Assembly (NCBI GenBank): GCA_963706955.1
Contig: CAVPOC010000008.1
Coordinates: 1,024,001 to 1,088,000 of the forward strand
Direction: 5' to 3'
DNA length: 64,000 nt
From: an uncultured Verrucomicrobiae bacterium
GTDB taxonomy: Bacteria; Verrucomicrobiota; Verrucomicrobiia; Chthoniobacterales; Terrimicrobiaceae
Shown here: piece after piece, positions 10,540-20,897 of the stretch
Position numbering within the stretch: the first letter of the stretch is position 1
Layout: each line of letters opens with the position of its first letter
Translations under genes and position numbers: made by a program
The notes under the pieces: generated by a model
Databases searched by the model: none
Seen by the model: the letters and a program-made list of their open reading frames with translations, nothing else
What the model was told of the DNA's origin: nothing

Positions 10540-11997
10540 GTCGACCTTGAAAAATTCTCAGGTGATTCTCTGTAGCGTGAGAAAGAAGTTTTGGATCGAG
10601 GGCGGGCGGAGGAAGCGAAGCCAAAAAATGATGAACAGCCGCATCCATTTGCGGAAGTTCCAAGCGGCTGCGGCTAGCATCAGATTGAGTTGATCGCCTT
10701 GGAACCCTTTAAGGAAGCAGCGCCAGAGCCGGAAATCCTGTTTGAGATGACTCAGCAGGGGTTCAATAGCCGCTCGGCGGCGAAAGCGCTTTCGCATCGC
10801 CGTGCTTGTTGCTCGCGATTGTCCTCTGGGGGCTCTTCCTGGGATCAGGATCTCCGTGCCATCGACAAACTTTCTTCCCCGGTAACCACGATCCACGATG
10901 GCGCGTTTGGCTCGAATGTCGGTCATGGCTTCCGCCTGGTCGAGGATTTCGGGGAGAGCGTGAGCGTCGTAGAGGTTTTTCTCATGGGCCACCGCCGCCA
11001 CGATGACGCCGTGGGTTTTGGTCATGGCCACCGAAGCTTTGGTGCCAAATTCGTATTTCTTGTGCTCCTTGCCTTTGGCTACACAGTAGATGTGCGGCTC
11101 GTGTAAGGAATAAATCTTGTTGGTATCCTGAGGCTTTTGGGCCAGGACCCGACGGTAAAGAGTGAAGTTCTCTCCTTGTTCCTCCCGGAGAGCTTCCGGC
11201 AACTTGCGCTCCAGTTCGCGGATTAAGGCTCCGGCAATAGTACGCAACCTCCGGTGGCCCCGGCGCGCAGCTTTCCGCCTGCGTGGATCCTTGCGCAACC
11301 GCTGCGCCATGATGCACGCCCGAACTTCCTTGCGGTAGCGTCGCCGCAGCCGGATCCCGCTTTTGTCGGAAAGCTTCCAGCACCGCATGATAATCTTCCG
11401 ATACTGTTTGGTGTCCACGGGATAGGTCACGTTTTTCTCCTGGACGGTGCTGTCGACCACCACTTCGCGCTCTTGGACACGCGCCCCGTGCAGCTGCGCC
11501 GAGACGGCCAGGATTAAGGCCACTCCTTGCTCGCCGATCCGCTGCCGGAAGTAGACCAGATCGCTCGGATCACAGGGCCACTCCCATTGAAAATCGCTCA
11601 TCCCGCAAAATTGCTGCCAATAAGGGTTTTCCACCCACCGCTCCACCACCTCCTCGTCGCTCTGGTCATACATCTGCTTGAGCAAGAGCAACCCAACCAT
11701 CAGCCTCACCGGCTTGGCCGGACGACCCTCCTCGCTGTAATACTCCCCGAAAGCTTCTTCAAAATCCGACCACGGAATTCGTTCTCCCAGCTTTTTCAAG
11801 GGATGTCGGGGATCACACTGCTCACTAAGTGTCGGCATCAAAAACGACCTTTGCGTGCTCGGATTTCGCTTCTTTAGCATCTGCGCGTTTCGACCGGGTT
11901 TTGCTGTAAAACCCTCCTTTCTCGGTCGCTATCTTTCCACCTTCGTCACCCATAGACCAGCTTGTTTGCTTGCTCCGTTGACTTTTTCAGGGACGAC
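10540..11997 (-). mobile_element. IS5-family insertion sequence (1458 bp)
   Basis: Terminal IRs GTCGACCTTGAAAAA / TTTTTCAGGGACGAC (13/15 match). 6 bp target duplication TACTTA at 10534-10539 and 11998-12003. Confidence 0.93.
10558..11880 (-). CDS. IS5-family transposase
   Basis: HPL..L, GRP, SDEEVVERWVENPYWQQFCG, VDSTVQEKNV, KIYSLHEP, KGKEHKKYEFG, DRGYRG, RRAAIEP..SHLK. Confidence 0.95.
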   Translation of the reverse strand: MLKKRNPSTQRSFLMPTLSEQCDPRHPLKKLGERIPWSDFEEAFGEYYSEEGRPAKPVRLMVGLLLLKQMYDQSDEEVVERWVENPYWQQFCGMSDFQWEWPCDPSDLVYFRQRIGEQGVALILAVSAQLHGARVQEREVVVDSTVQEKNVTYPVDTKQYRKIIMRCWKLSDKSGIRLRRRYRKEVRACIMAQRLRKDPRRRKAARRGHRRLRTIAGALIRELERKLPEALREEQGENFTLYRRVLAQKPQDTNKIYSLHEPHIYCVAKGKEHKKYEFGTKASVAMTKTHGVIVAAVAHEKNLYDAHALPEILDQAEAMTDIRAKRAIVDRGYRGRKFVDGTEILIPGRAPRGQSRATSTAMRKRFRRRAAIEPLLSHLKQDFRLWRCFLKGFQGDQLNLMLAAAAWNFRKWMRLFIIFWLRFLRPPSIQNFFLTLQRIT

Positions 11998-12323
11998 TAC
12001 TTAATGAATTGGGTCGCATGCTGCCAGACGCGGCAAACCCGGAATCCGGGCTCAGGGAGCTGGAGCGCCAGGAGCTGGGGCTCGGGACGGAGAAGGAACG
12101 ACAGCAAGCGCCGGGCGATCACAAAGCCGAACAAGCGCGCGCCACGCGCCGGCGGGAGCGCAAGACCGAGACGATGCGCGATCTGCGCGCAAAGCAGGGC
12201 TAGCATCCTTGCGGATAATTGTGAAGTTGAGACCGGCTGCGTTGCGAAGGCGCGAAATCATATACTACAATGTGGCAGACCCGTGCGGGGAGCCTGCCGG
12301 TCCCCTCTTCACTTTTCAAGGAC

Positions 12324-12623
12324 CTAGAAGTGAATGATCGGCAGATTGGGATTGTTCTTTTGCTCAATAGCGACGAGCGATCCCAGATCGTTTCCGTAAT
12401 TCTTCCTTAAGTTCTCCGTGGTCTCGTGTGAAACCTCGCAGTTGCCGTTCCGGTAGACCGCATAGGAGAGTAGCTTTGGCTTGCGGGCGTTCGAATAGCG
12501 CACCTGGATTCCGGTGGACGGAAGCGCCATGATCCAGTCTTCTTTGAGTTCCATGCGGGACCTGAACCTCATCCTTGGCTCTTTCGCGTCTCTGAAGCGT
12601 GGTGAATGTGTTGTTCTGTTCAT
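12324..12623 (-). CDS. Hypothetical protein
   Basis: 99 aa ORF with ATG start and an AT-rich upstream region. No domain recognised. Confidence 0.4.
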   Translation of the reverse strand: MNRTTHSPRFRDAKEPRMRFRSRMELKEDWIMALPSTGIQVRYSNARKPKLLSYAVYRNGNCEVSHETTENLRKNYGNDLGSLVAIEQKNNPNLPIIHF

Positions 12624-13035
12624 TCTGGTCCCAGTGTTAAAAAGTTAATCACGTCTAGCAGTATAAGGCCGATACAGTTAATTAACAAATGGCAAGGGGC
12701 GCCCCTCTCCTCTTCGCCCTATCGACCGAGGTGCTCTCCTTTGGTGGCGCGTAGAAAATTTTGTAGTAACTTCAAGCGGGCGAGCGTTTGAATATGCCAA
12801 CTCCCGACGAGATCAGAGAGAGTGAGTTGGGCGACAAAGGAAAGATCCTTGGCTGTTCTCTGCGAAGATCGTCATCCACTGACGTGTGGGCCGCTGACTA
12901 CGGCTGGTTGCTGGTTGCTGGTTTATGAAGCACCGGACTTCCTTGTGAAGAGGGAAGAGTCCGGCGCTTGACATCCCAGCGTAATCCCCCGCTCACCTCC
13001 GATTTTAATGCAGGCGAAGGGATGCTGTTGGAAGA

Positions 13036-13185
13036 CTACTCCAAGCCAGCAATCCAATCCCACAAAGGCCTCAAATCTTGGTGGTCGCGCGCCAATTTTC
13101 GAATATCCTTATCAAGATTGATGGCATGGCGAAGGCGCTCTTTCGCCTCTTCCATGCGTCCCGCGACGCTGGCGTAGCAGGCTAG
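13036..13185 (-). pseudogene. C-terminal fragment of a TPR-like protein
   Basis: ACYASVAGRMEEAKERLRHAINLDKDIRKLARDHQDLRPLWDW*, with no 5' part. Confidence 0.6.
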
Positions 13186-13454
13186 CCTTCCTGTTCGCTT
13201 GAAACTTCGTCGGATTCCTCCGGCGGCAGGAGCATCTTAAACACATCTCGCCAAAATTCTATATCTTCGGGCGGCACGGGCGAAATGCGCTTCGTCGTCC
13301 GGCTTCGGCTCGAAATCATCTCGCAAGCTAAGATCACGGATCCGAATATCGGCCCTTTTGCTCGATTCGGGGGAAAAACTTCGCGCCAGGATGCCCGTGG
13401 TGACGCTTTGTTTGGGTGCCGCTAAGCCTGCTCGCTGAGTGTGGCACGCTTCTC

Positions 13455-13560
13455 GCCCTAAATGTATGACAAATGTATGTACAAATCAGCGTATCGGCGC
13501 ATTAGGGCGCGATTAGGGCGCAAATGTGACTTTGCGTCCGTGCCATACATTTGTATATAC
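13455..13560. repeat. Arm-type repeats next to the truncated tRNA copy
   Basis: AAATGTATG at 13460 and 13471, inverted CATACATTT near 13544, and ATTAGGGCGC at 13501 and 13512. Confidence 0.6.
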
Positions 13561-13683
13561 TCCGGTCCTCTTATCTCGGCGGACGCATGAATACTAACGA
13601 TCGGCCGGAGAGCTTGCATTTATCGGACTTGGCGGGCACACAAGTAATACGCCTTGCAACGCTATAAAACCGCTAAAATCCGT

Positions 13684-14875
13684 TTTTAAGTCCCTTGCGT
13701 CTGCCATTTCGCCACGCCGGCCTCTGTGGGTTAAACTTCATTCAAAAGCCCGATTCCAAGTCTTGCAATGCTCGCGCGTCAGCCGAGCGCACGCTCTGGT
13801 TATTGAGGCGACGCAGATAGCCGGCGTCAAAAAAGGCCCACATCCCAGTGAACGCGGTGCCAGGCTGCAGGCCACCGACCAACGACCCTTAGCTTTAGCG
13901 GAGGGACAAAGGTGTTTCGCCTACCGGGACTTGCTCAAAATACGGGGGCGCAATAGCCCGTTCCTCGGCTGACGACGTCAACTTCTTGTGCAAACTCGTT
14001 CACCCTCTTTTCTCATCAGTATTTCCCTATTCATCACTCTCTCCACTCTTTCCGCGGACCGAGACAGCCGGCCTGGTTCGCTGCAGCGTCCGGTTAGGCG
14101 GCCCTCATATCCAGAACTGCCACCATTTCTTGTTTAACTTGCGCTGCCGATCGGCTTCCTCGTCAGCCACGATCTCTGCGTGAATAGTGTGAATGTGGTC
14201 GAGATAAGCTGCGCAAGTTGGCACGAGCGAACGATGCTTGCCCGTCTTCATCTCGTAAACCAAAACACCCGAATCAGGCTTGGAGGCGTCCACGAAATAC
14301 ATCTCCTCGCCTCCGTCGCTGCCAATGTAGAATGGTTTGCCGATCTCAGGCGACGAAAACTTCGCGCCGCTCAAATCAATGACTGCATCGAGGCGCTTCG
14401 GGAGCATGACCCTCGTCTGCGAACGAGTCGGGCTCGAACGGGTAGCTGAGAACTGTGGCACGATAAGACGCTGGGAGTGTAAATCCCACGCGTTTCTCGA
14501 TTCCTGGATGTCTTGCTCAGTCACGTGTAAGCGACGCCTAACATTATGTCGATAGACTAAGAGCGACTATATCCGGGAGTCGTCAAGACTAAGCGAGTTG
14601 TATTTGATCGCAGAGCGAAACAGACGCGCGGTTCGCTGCGACAGTCTTTCTAAGTCAAATCAGAATCTATACACCTGCGCTAGCCATCCGTAAGACGCCC
14701 CGGTTCCGTTTTCCTGACCAGGGTCCCAAGTGTCTGTCAACACCGCGGACCGCGGCTGGGCGACACCCTCCAGTTCCTCATTCCCAACTCGCGCCGGCTT
14801 TCGTCTTACATGGCCAGTCTCAGCCGAGGCGAACCCCTTCGATCACTCCCACAACGGAGTCGGTCGAAGCATCCA
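13684..14875. repeat. 1.19 kb direct repeat, copy 2 (begins with the tRNA-Leu 5' half, 13684-13721)
   Basis: Matches 9065-10254 with about 8 differences. tRNA sequence stops at the anticodon loop. Confidence 0.97.
14105..14524 (-). CDS. SMI1/KNR4 family protein, copy 2
   Basis: Identical to copy 1 except K/E near the C-terminus. Confidence 0.7.
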   Translation of the reverse strand: MTEQDIQESRNAWDLHSQRLIVPQFSATRSSPTRSQTRVMLPKRLDAVIDLSGAKFSSPEIGKPFYIGSDGGEEMYFVDASKPDSGVLVYEMKTGKHRSLVPTCAAYLDHIHTIHAEIVADEEADRQRKLNKKWWQFWI

Positions 14876-15890
14876 TCGCCCAAAAGGCCGACCGGCGGAC
14901 ATCTAGCTCCACCGAGGTTCTGGCTGCGAATGCTCCCTCGATCAGCGCTACTTTGGCTAGATCCTCGGCCGGGGCCTGGTGCAGGGGGATGGCGTAGGTA
15001 GCGCCACCGGTCTCGACGACGAAGATGGGAAAGCCGCGCCGGCGTTGGATGCCAATCCGATCGGGGGCAGCCGAGGGGACCAGCCGGGTTCCGTATGCCT
15101 CGTCGATGACAGTGATCTTGGCGGGGCCTTCCTTGCGGAGCAGGTGGGTGGTTTCGTCTTCCTCAATGCGCCACACCATCCCGGTCGCCAGGACCGTGAT
15201 CGCGGGGTTTACAAAGCTGGGAATCCCGGCCGAGTCGTAGGCGGTTTGAAGTGGGGCGGACCAAGTGACGGCGTCGAGGTCAGCGCTGACGGAGGGATCA
15301 ATGCCGCCGAGGACAGCATAGTCCAGCTCGAGTTCCACCTCCCACCGGTAGAGCAAACGGGTCGGGTCAATAGGGACTGCTTGCCGGGTGAGGTCTCCGC
15401 TTGAGGGCGAGGTGACCCAATGCCAGAGCTCGAAATGAAGGTGGTCCCCGGCGTCATGATGATCAACCGAGGCAATCGGCTCGCCCGTCAACACCCGGTC
15501 GCCGACATTCTTGGGGCCGGGGACGATGTGGATGTACTGGGTGGCGAAGGCAGCGCCGTCGTCGTGGTGGGTGATAGTGAGCTGGGCTGAGCTCTTGTCG
15601 ACGATGATGCCCGCATAGGCGGCAAAGACGCAGTTTCCTTCACCAGATGCCAGATCGAACGCCTCGTGGATGCGGTGCAGGCCCGGTATGCCATCGGGTT
15701 GTATCGAAGCGAAATGATCGCTGGAGCAGGTCGCGGAGGGTGAGCCCTGCAACCGGGCCATACCCCACCGCCCACCGGGGGCGCGGAGCCGCAGCGGGTA
15801 GTCGAGCGGTGGGGACAGCATGAACCCGCTGGTCACAGTCGCTTGGTGAGTCATATCGGCGATTTTGAATAACGCCCCGGAAAGGTTCAA
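14820..15890 (-). CDS. M23 family metallopeptidase with unknown C-terminal region
   Basis: HEAFDL (HxxxD), VFAAYAG, TQYIH, VGDRVLTGEPIA and HLHFEL (HxH) zinc motifs. Confidence 0.8.
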   Translation of the reverse strand: MNLSGALFKIADMTHQATVTSGFMLSPPLDYPLRLRAPGGRWGMARLQGSPSATCSSDHFASIQPDGIPGLHRIHEAFDLASGEGNCVFAAYAGIIVDKSSAQLTITHHDDGAAFATQYIHIVPGPKNVGDRVLTGEPIASVDHHDAGDHLHFELWHWVTSPSSGDLTRQAVPIDPTRLLYRWEVELELDYAVLGGIDPSVSADLDAVTWSAPLQTAYDSAGIPSFVNPAITVLATGMVWRIEEDETTHLLRKEGPAKITVIDEAYGTRLVPSAAPDRIGIQRRRGFPIFVVETGGATYAIPLHQAPAEDLAKVALIEGAFAARTSVELDVRRSAFWAMDASTDSVVGVIEGVRLG

Positions 15891-16361
15891 TCGAGATTAT
15901 CGACGCTTGGGTTGAAGAGTGGCGAAGAATGAAGCCCTCCAAACCAACGGAGCGCTCAATTATCGCAGACCTCACCGCCCTGCTACCAGGTTGTCGGAGG
16001 ATGGAACGCGCAGGGTTCAGGCCGAGGTCAATCTTGCACTAGCAGGGCGACGGCTGCCAAAGATTACACAGCCTGCGGCTTCGAACCCATGACAGTTCCA
16101 GTGGAAACAAGACTGGGGTCAGGGTGCAAATTCATTCCAGTATGCCCGCGAGCGTTCTGGCGGCCTTTCCTCGTACGTGGCGCTCAGGCAATTGAGCCAC
16201 GCGGCTAGCCATCTGTCAGACGGCACTGTTCCCCTTCCCTTTTTGCGCACACGCTTCTGATTCTGTTCGCTACACAAAGACTTATCCCTGGATTCGGCAC
16301 GACCAAAGCTGCCATCGAGGAGACGCTGGAAGATTCTCTGCGCGCAGAACTCGTTGACGAG

Positions 16362-16570
16362 GCTCACCACGGCATGGCCTTCGGCGTGCTGGCCACTGTC
16401 AATGGGATTGGCGATTTTGTTTCCACTGCCCTGGTCGGCCTGCTTTGATCCGTGACAGGCACGGCAATAGCATCTGGCGATAGCGCCGCGCTTTTCACTG
16501 CGGGCGCAGTGTTGGTAGCTCGGCTTCGCACGGGAGGCGATGCCTTTGGCCGACTGCGTGAAATTCGATT
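16362..16570 (+). pseudogene. C-terminal fragment of an MFS transporter
   Basis: HGMAFGVLATVNGIGDFVSTALVGLL*SVTG...LFTAGAVLV, with an internal stop and no 5' part. Confidence 0.55.
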
Positions 16571-16881
16571 AGTGAAGGCAGACCGAAGATCGTGATTTCG
16601 TCGCCATCTCAAATCGTCAAAGAGTGAACAAGGACCACAGCCACGGAGGGAGATCCGCCGATACCGCTCAATGGAGCGACCAACTCATTCGCCAAGTTCT
16701 CGCGTCTCTACGCCAAAGCGCCCCTGATGACCAATTCGCGCGCCGAGTCTGGATGCGAGTATACGTTCCCCTGTGCCGCCATGGCACCTCAGAGCTGTCA
16801 CTCCGCGCCCATGGAAACGCACACTTCCGATTTCAGACTCCAGGCCAACGCCCTGGAGGGCCAACCACGATTTCCTATCAG

Positions 16882-17244
16882 TCAGGTCAAAGTGCTCTTG
16901 CCGCCTCCGACTTCATGGCGGCTTACCTGTCTTAACTCCCAGTTGATCGAGAAACTGATCACGGTTCGGATCGCGACGATCGCGCCGAGGATTGCGAGGT
17001 CAGCGAGTGTTGGTGTCAGCACCGTGTGGATGATATCGGCCGCGATCAGGAACTCGAGGCCGAGCAGGAGATAGTACCCGAGGTGATGCCTCAGGTCTTC
17101 ACGCTCGACGAGAATATTTCGTCCGCTGAGGCTCGCCCATTCAAGACGCAGGAGGCGCAACACGCCGAGAAGAACGCCCCACAGAATCACAGTCAGGCCG
17201 ATCACACCGATCACCAGACTGATGTGCTCGACAAGCATGTGCAT
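16882..17244 (-). CDS. DUF1622 family membrane protein
   Basis: LRHHLGYYLLLGLEFLIAADIIHTV..PT..DLAILGAIVAIRTVISF signature. Confidence 0.9.
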   Translation of the reverse strand: MHMLVEHISLVIGVIGLTVILWGVLLGVLRLLRLEWASLSGRNILVEREDLRHHLGYYLLLGLEFLIAADIIHTVLTPTLADLAILGAIVAIRTVISFSINWELRQVSRHEVGGGKSTLT

Positions 17245-18306
17245 CGTTAATCCGCTTACACGCCAATCGCGTCAGAGGCGATATTTTTCTACCGGAACAC
17301 ACCCCGGCACTTCGCGCCACCCCGAATCGACAAACCGAGGATCCAACCGATCGATATTTGTCGTGTTTGCCAACCAGCCTGGGAATATTGGAAGATCGTA
17401 GCGCCAGTTTAGTGGTAGCAAGGTGGACTTTCGCGGAGGCGGAGGCTCACACTCCCATCGTTACAGCCCGCCTGGAAAGGGGGGGGGGGGGGGGGGAAGG
17501 GAAGGCCAGGATGACTGCAGAAGGCCTGACGCGATTGTAATGCTCGCCATCGAAAAAGGGCTGGGTGACAACGCAAAGATGCAGGCTAGCCTTGGAGACC
17601 AATGTCTAGCTCCGTGTTAATCACAAGGCGCTCAATGACTCCTGTGCAACGCTAAGAATACAAGCATGGCTATCCTCGTATTCTTAGAAACCGTGATAGG
17701 AGGTGCCGCCTTCCTTGGCTCGCTCATGCTTGCTCTATTGAAAAACCTTCACCCCGAACGCACCGGATTGATCAATCGGTGGCATTACTTTTTTTGGCAT
17801 TTTTGGATTCCGAGACTCATTCCCTGGACCTCTGGTAATCCTTATTCTCTTCCTTGCCAGAATTCTCATGCTATGAAGGTTCTTCTCGTTCTGTCGTTCA
17901 CGCCAATTCGATTGCCTTGCCGGCAGGCGATTCTCGCCGCCGAACGCAATCTCACAAGTGCCTCGTATGGCGTCGAGCGCGAATGGAGCGCCGGCTTGAA
18001 TTCCTGTTTTTACCCTGGCTACCGGTCGAAAGAGTAGCTTGCGCATTCAGGCCCTTGCTTTTCTCCAGTTCCCGCGAGATCGCGCCGCTGCGCATAATGA
18101 GCGAGACTTGCGGCAGAACCTAAACGCATATCAGACTACAAAGGTTGAAAGTCCCTTGCGTCTGTGGTGCTACATTTTGTGCGACATCGAAGCCCTGTCT
18201 GGCGACACGTGTCAGTTCTAGCCCCTACAGCCGCAGAGCCTTCATTTATCAGCCTCAACGGACAATTCGCACCACGCAATCGGACGCAAAAAAACCGGTA
18301 AATTTC

Positions 18307-18346
18307 GGATTTTAAATCCCTTGCGTCTGCCATTTCGTCACGCCGG
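18307..18346 (-). repeat. Degenerate tRNA-Leu 5'-half copy (att remnant)
   Basis: 38/40 identity to 9062-9101. A further 16 nt piece, AAGTCCCTTGCGTCTG, lies at 18149-18164. Confidence 0.9.
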
Positions 18347-18514
18347 ACTTGCGCTCAGGACCGACGAGGTTATCAATCGTGCACGTGGAGAACCCTGCCC
18401 TTGTTCAAAATGATGTGCAAGGGCGGAATGATTGCGGAAAATCAGCAGCCGCGGCTCTCGCCAGAGCACTAAGCTGCCGGCTGGGACAGCCTCAAAGCGC
18501 GTGTCTCCCCCGCC

Positions 18515-18976
18515 TCAGGGGCGCAGCCGCGCATGAAAGATTGCCTCCGCCGTCAAGGCCTCGAGATCGTAAGAGACGATGCACTCGTCGAGCCGGAGCT
18601 CATCGGCCCACAAGGTGCCGGGTGGAGTTCGATAACCGGCGAATAGACCGTAAGATTTCCCGCGATTGTTGGTCTGCCAGAAGTCGAGCATGTCGATTGA
18701 GTGAGTCGGGTCGCCAATTCTCCTCGGTGGAATGTCCAAGCCTCTTGCGCTGGCCTTCCAGATTTGCAGAGGAATGTTCTTCCGCGCGAAGTCGGCGGCA
18801 TACTCCAACGATTCGAAGACAAAGAACTTTGTTCCCTCGTGGGCTTTGACAAATTCTCCCGGGCGGTAATGCACATAAAAATTCCCTCTGGCGAGGGCGC
18901 TTCCGAGACCCGAGTCCACGACCTTGTAAACGGTGTTCTGGCTGCGAACAGCGTCCGACAACTTAAATCCAATCAT
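18515..18976 (-). CDS. Hypothetical protein
   Basis: 153 aa ATG-started ORF with protein-like composition (VYKVVD...YRPGEFVKA...FFVFESLEYA). Confidence 0.55.
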   Translation of the reverse strand: MIGFKLSDAVRSQNTVYKVVDSGLGSALARGNFYVHYRPGEFVKAHEGTKFFVFESLEYAADFARKNIPLQIWKASARGLDIPPRRIGDPTHSIDMLDFWQTNNRGKSYGLFAGYRTPPGTLWADELRLDECIVSYDLEALTAEAIFHARLRP

Positions 18977-19419
18977 ATAACGTTGGCCGTTTTTCTTGGT
19001 TCCCCGAGGCTCTCGGATCCACTAACCAAATCGCTTTACTTGTCAGCCGATGCGATCAGATCGACTGTGCATAACGGACGCGTGATTCGCGGAGGGGATC
19101 AAGCCTTCTTTGTCCCATAAGCTAGTGCGAGGAAGAGCGAAGTCCAGTGACTTCGGGCAAGTTCGGGACTGGTCAGTGCAGCAACTGCCACAATCCCGAC
19201 GAGCGCGAATAGCACCGAGAGGTGCAGGGCGCATATTCTTCTAGGCAAATCCCCGTTTGGCAGTTGCCGCCGGACGGGACGCGTGCGCTCCCCAGAAACT
19301 CGAGCCCAGCATTGCTCGGCGTTGGTGGCTGAAGGTCGATGACAAACGTCTCCTCCCCAAGCCCAGCCACCAATAGGAGACGCTCTAAGATATTGACCAA
19401 CTAGATCGCGGCTGGCGAT

Positions 19420-20668
19420 TCAGTCCGAAAGCTTGTTCGAGGACATCAGCCGCCATGAGAGTCCGTTGGTTTCGGCAATGATCTTCTGGAAAGCACATGA
19501 ATCGTTACGAAACGTAGGGTCGGTAAGCACTTCGTCCACCAGACCCGAAAGGCGAGGCGCCGTCAGATCTTCTAATGATGCGACTAGCCCGGTTTTCTTG
19601 TCGGCAATTCGCGCCGCCACACCGGGTTGCTCATTGGTGGACCGGAATGGCGACCCGAGGAACGCCTTAGGCCAGAGCTTCCAAGACCGTGTTCAATCCG
19701 GCATGCGTGATGCAAACCGAAGCGCGCTTCAGAAGCTCTAGTTGCGGAGCCCATTTCACGGTGATCGCGGTCGTTGGAAGAGGTCCGATCTCCTTCGGGT
19801 CCACATGCTCGCCGAGTGAAAGAACGATCTGCACATTCTTGAGCGTGGAGGTGGCGCAATTGTGTGAAAAACGTTGGCCACACGGTTCTGCAGTGTTCCC
19901 ATCGATGCGTAGACGAGAGGTTCTCCAGTCAATCGTTCCCATGGGAATTCGACATCTATGCGGCCATGTCCGTCATGAAATGGTCCGGTGTGACGCAATT
20001 GGGGCGGCCAATGAGAGCTCTCGAAATCGAACTCTTTCGGGATTTGGGTGAGTCAGGCGAGCTTGGAGAGCGTGGCTTCGGGATTTTCCCAGTCGATCTT
20101 GAGTCCAATCCGCTCAGCGTAAGCTCTCGCTCCTCCGTTGGCTTTGTTCACGATGTTGCGAAGATCTGCAACGCCCTTTCGGTTTCTCTGGAAGGCTTGC
20201 GGGCCAGTCTCGTGTGGCCAATCGTAGACAGGAAGTGGTGTGTAACCCGACCAGTCGAAGTGCCGGGCGTTTGATACATGCACATACGGCATCCCGAGAC
20301 TTAGAGGCAGCAACTCAGCATAGAACAGGTCGGTGTCGAGAACCAGAGCATCCACCCCCACCGCACTGAGTGTCTCGGGCCAGGACTGGAACATGCCACT
20401 GGTCATCGCGGCACACGCCTCGATGGAAAGCTGCAGAGCCTCTTCTCCCCGCGCGTCCCGATCCCGCGGACATATTGATCGACCGAGCCGATTGGAAACT
20501 CGCGTTCACAACAGGGAAGGAATGGTAAGCCAGCGGCGCGAACCAAAGGCTCGGTGTCCGGCAAACAGATCAAGACTATTCGCGAGTCCGCGACTGAACC
20601 TTGCGGGCCAGTGCACTCATTGGATTGAGGTGTCCCGGCACCGGAACAGAAACAAATCCAATTTTCAT
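19420..20668 (-). pseudogene. MGT/GT1 UDP-glycosyltransferase, many frameshifts
   Basis: Pieces MKIGFVSVPVPGHLNPMSALAR, FPWERLTGEPLVYASMGTLQN and WAPQLELLKRASVCITHAGLNTVLEALA lie in different frames. Confidence 0.8.
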
Positions 20669-20897
20669 AGCTGCAGTGATCTACGCCGGCGATCTTGTGG
20701 TTGGGCCGGTTGCACTGTCAAGTGCCGCCAACGTTGTCCGAATAGCGTCCAGGACCGTTCACGCTGTCGCATTCGTCAACTTCTACTTTGCGATAACCGT
20801 CCGCAGCGTCGATATAACTGTCCGAGTGGGCACCCTGTGGTTGGGATTGAGGCCGATCAACTAAGTGACTACTATTCGTGTTAAGAATCTTGAGCTC

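Larger units (their letters stand above)
10255..12203 (+). pseudogene. Nu1/terminase-small-subunit-like gene, 5'-truncated and interrupted by IS5
   Basis: KEALARLSHEYLETRNAKLRAQTFMAETQAARARGELIPKKEV...; removing the IS and one TACTTA restores the frame (AHSLL-NELGRMLPDAANPE...). Confidence 0.55.
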
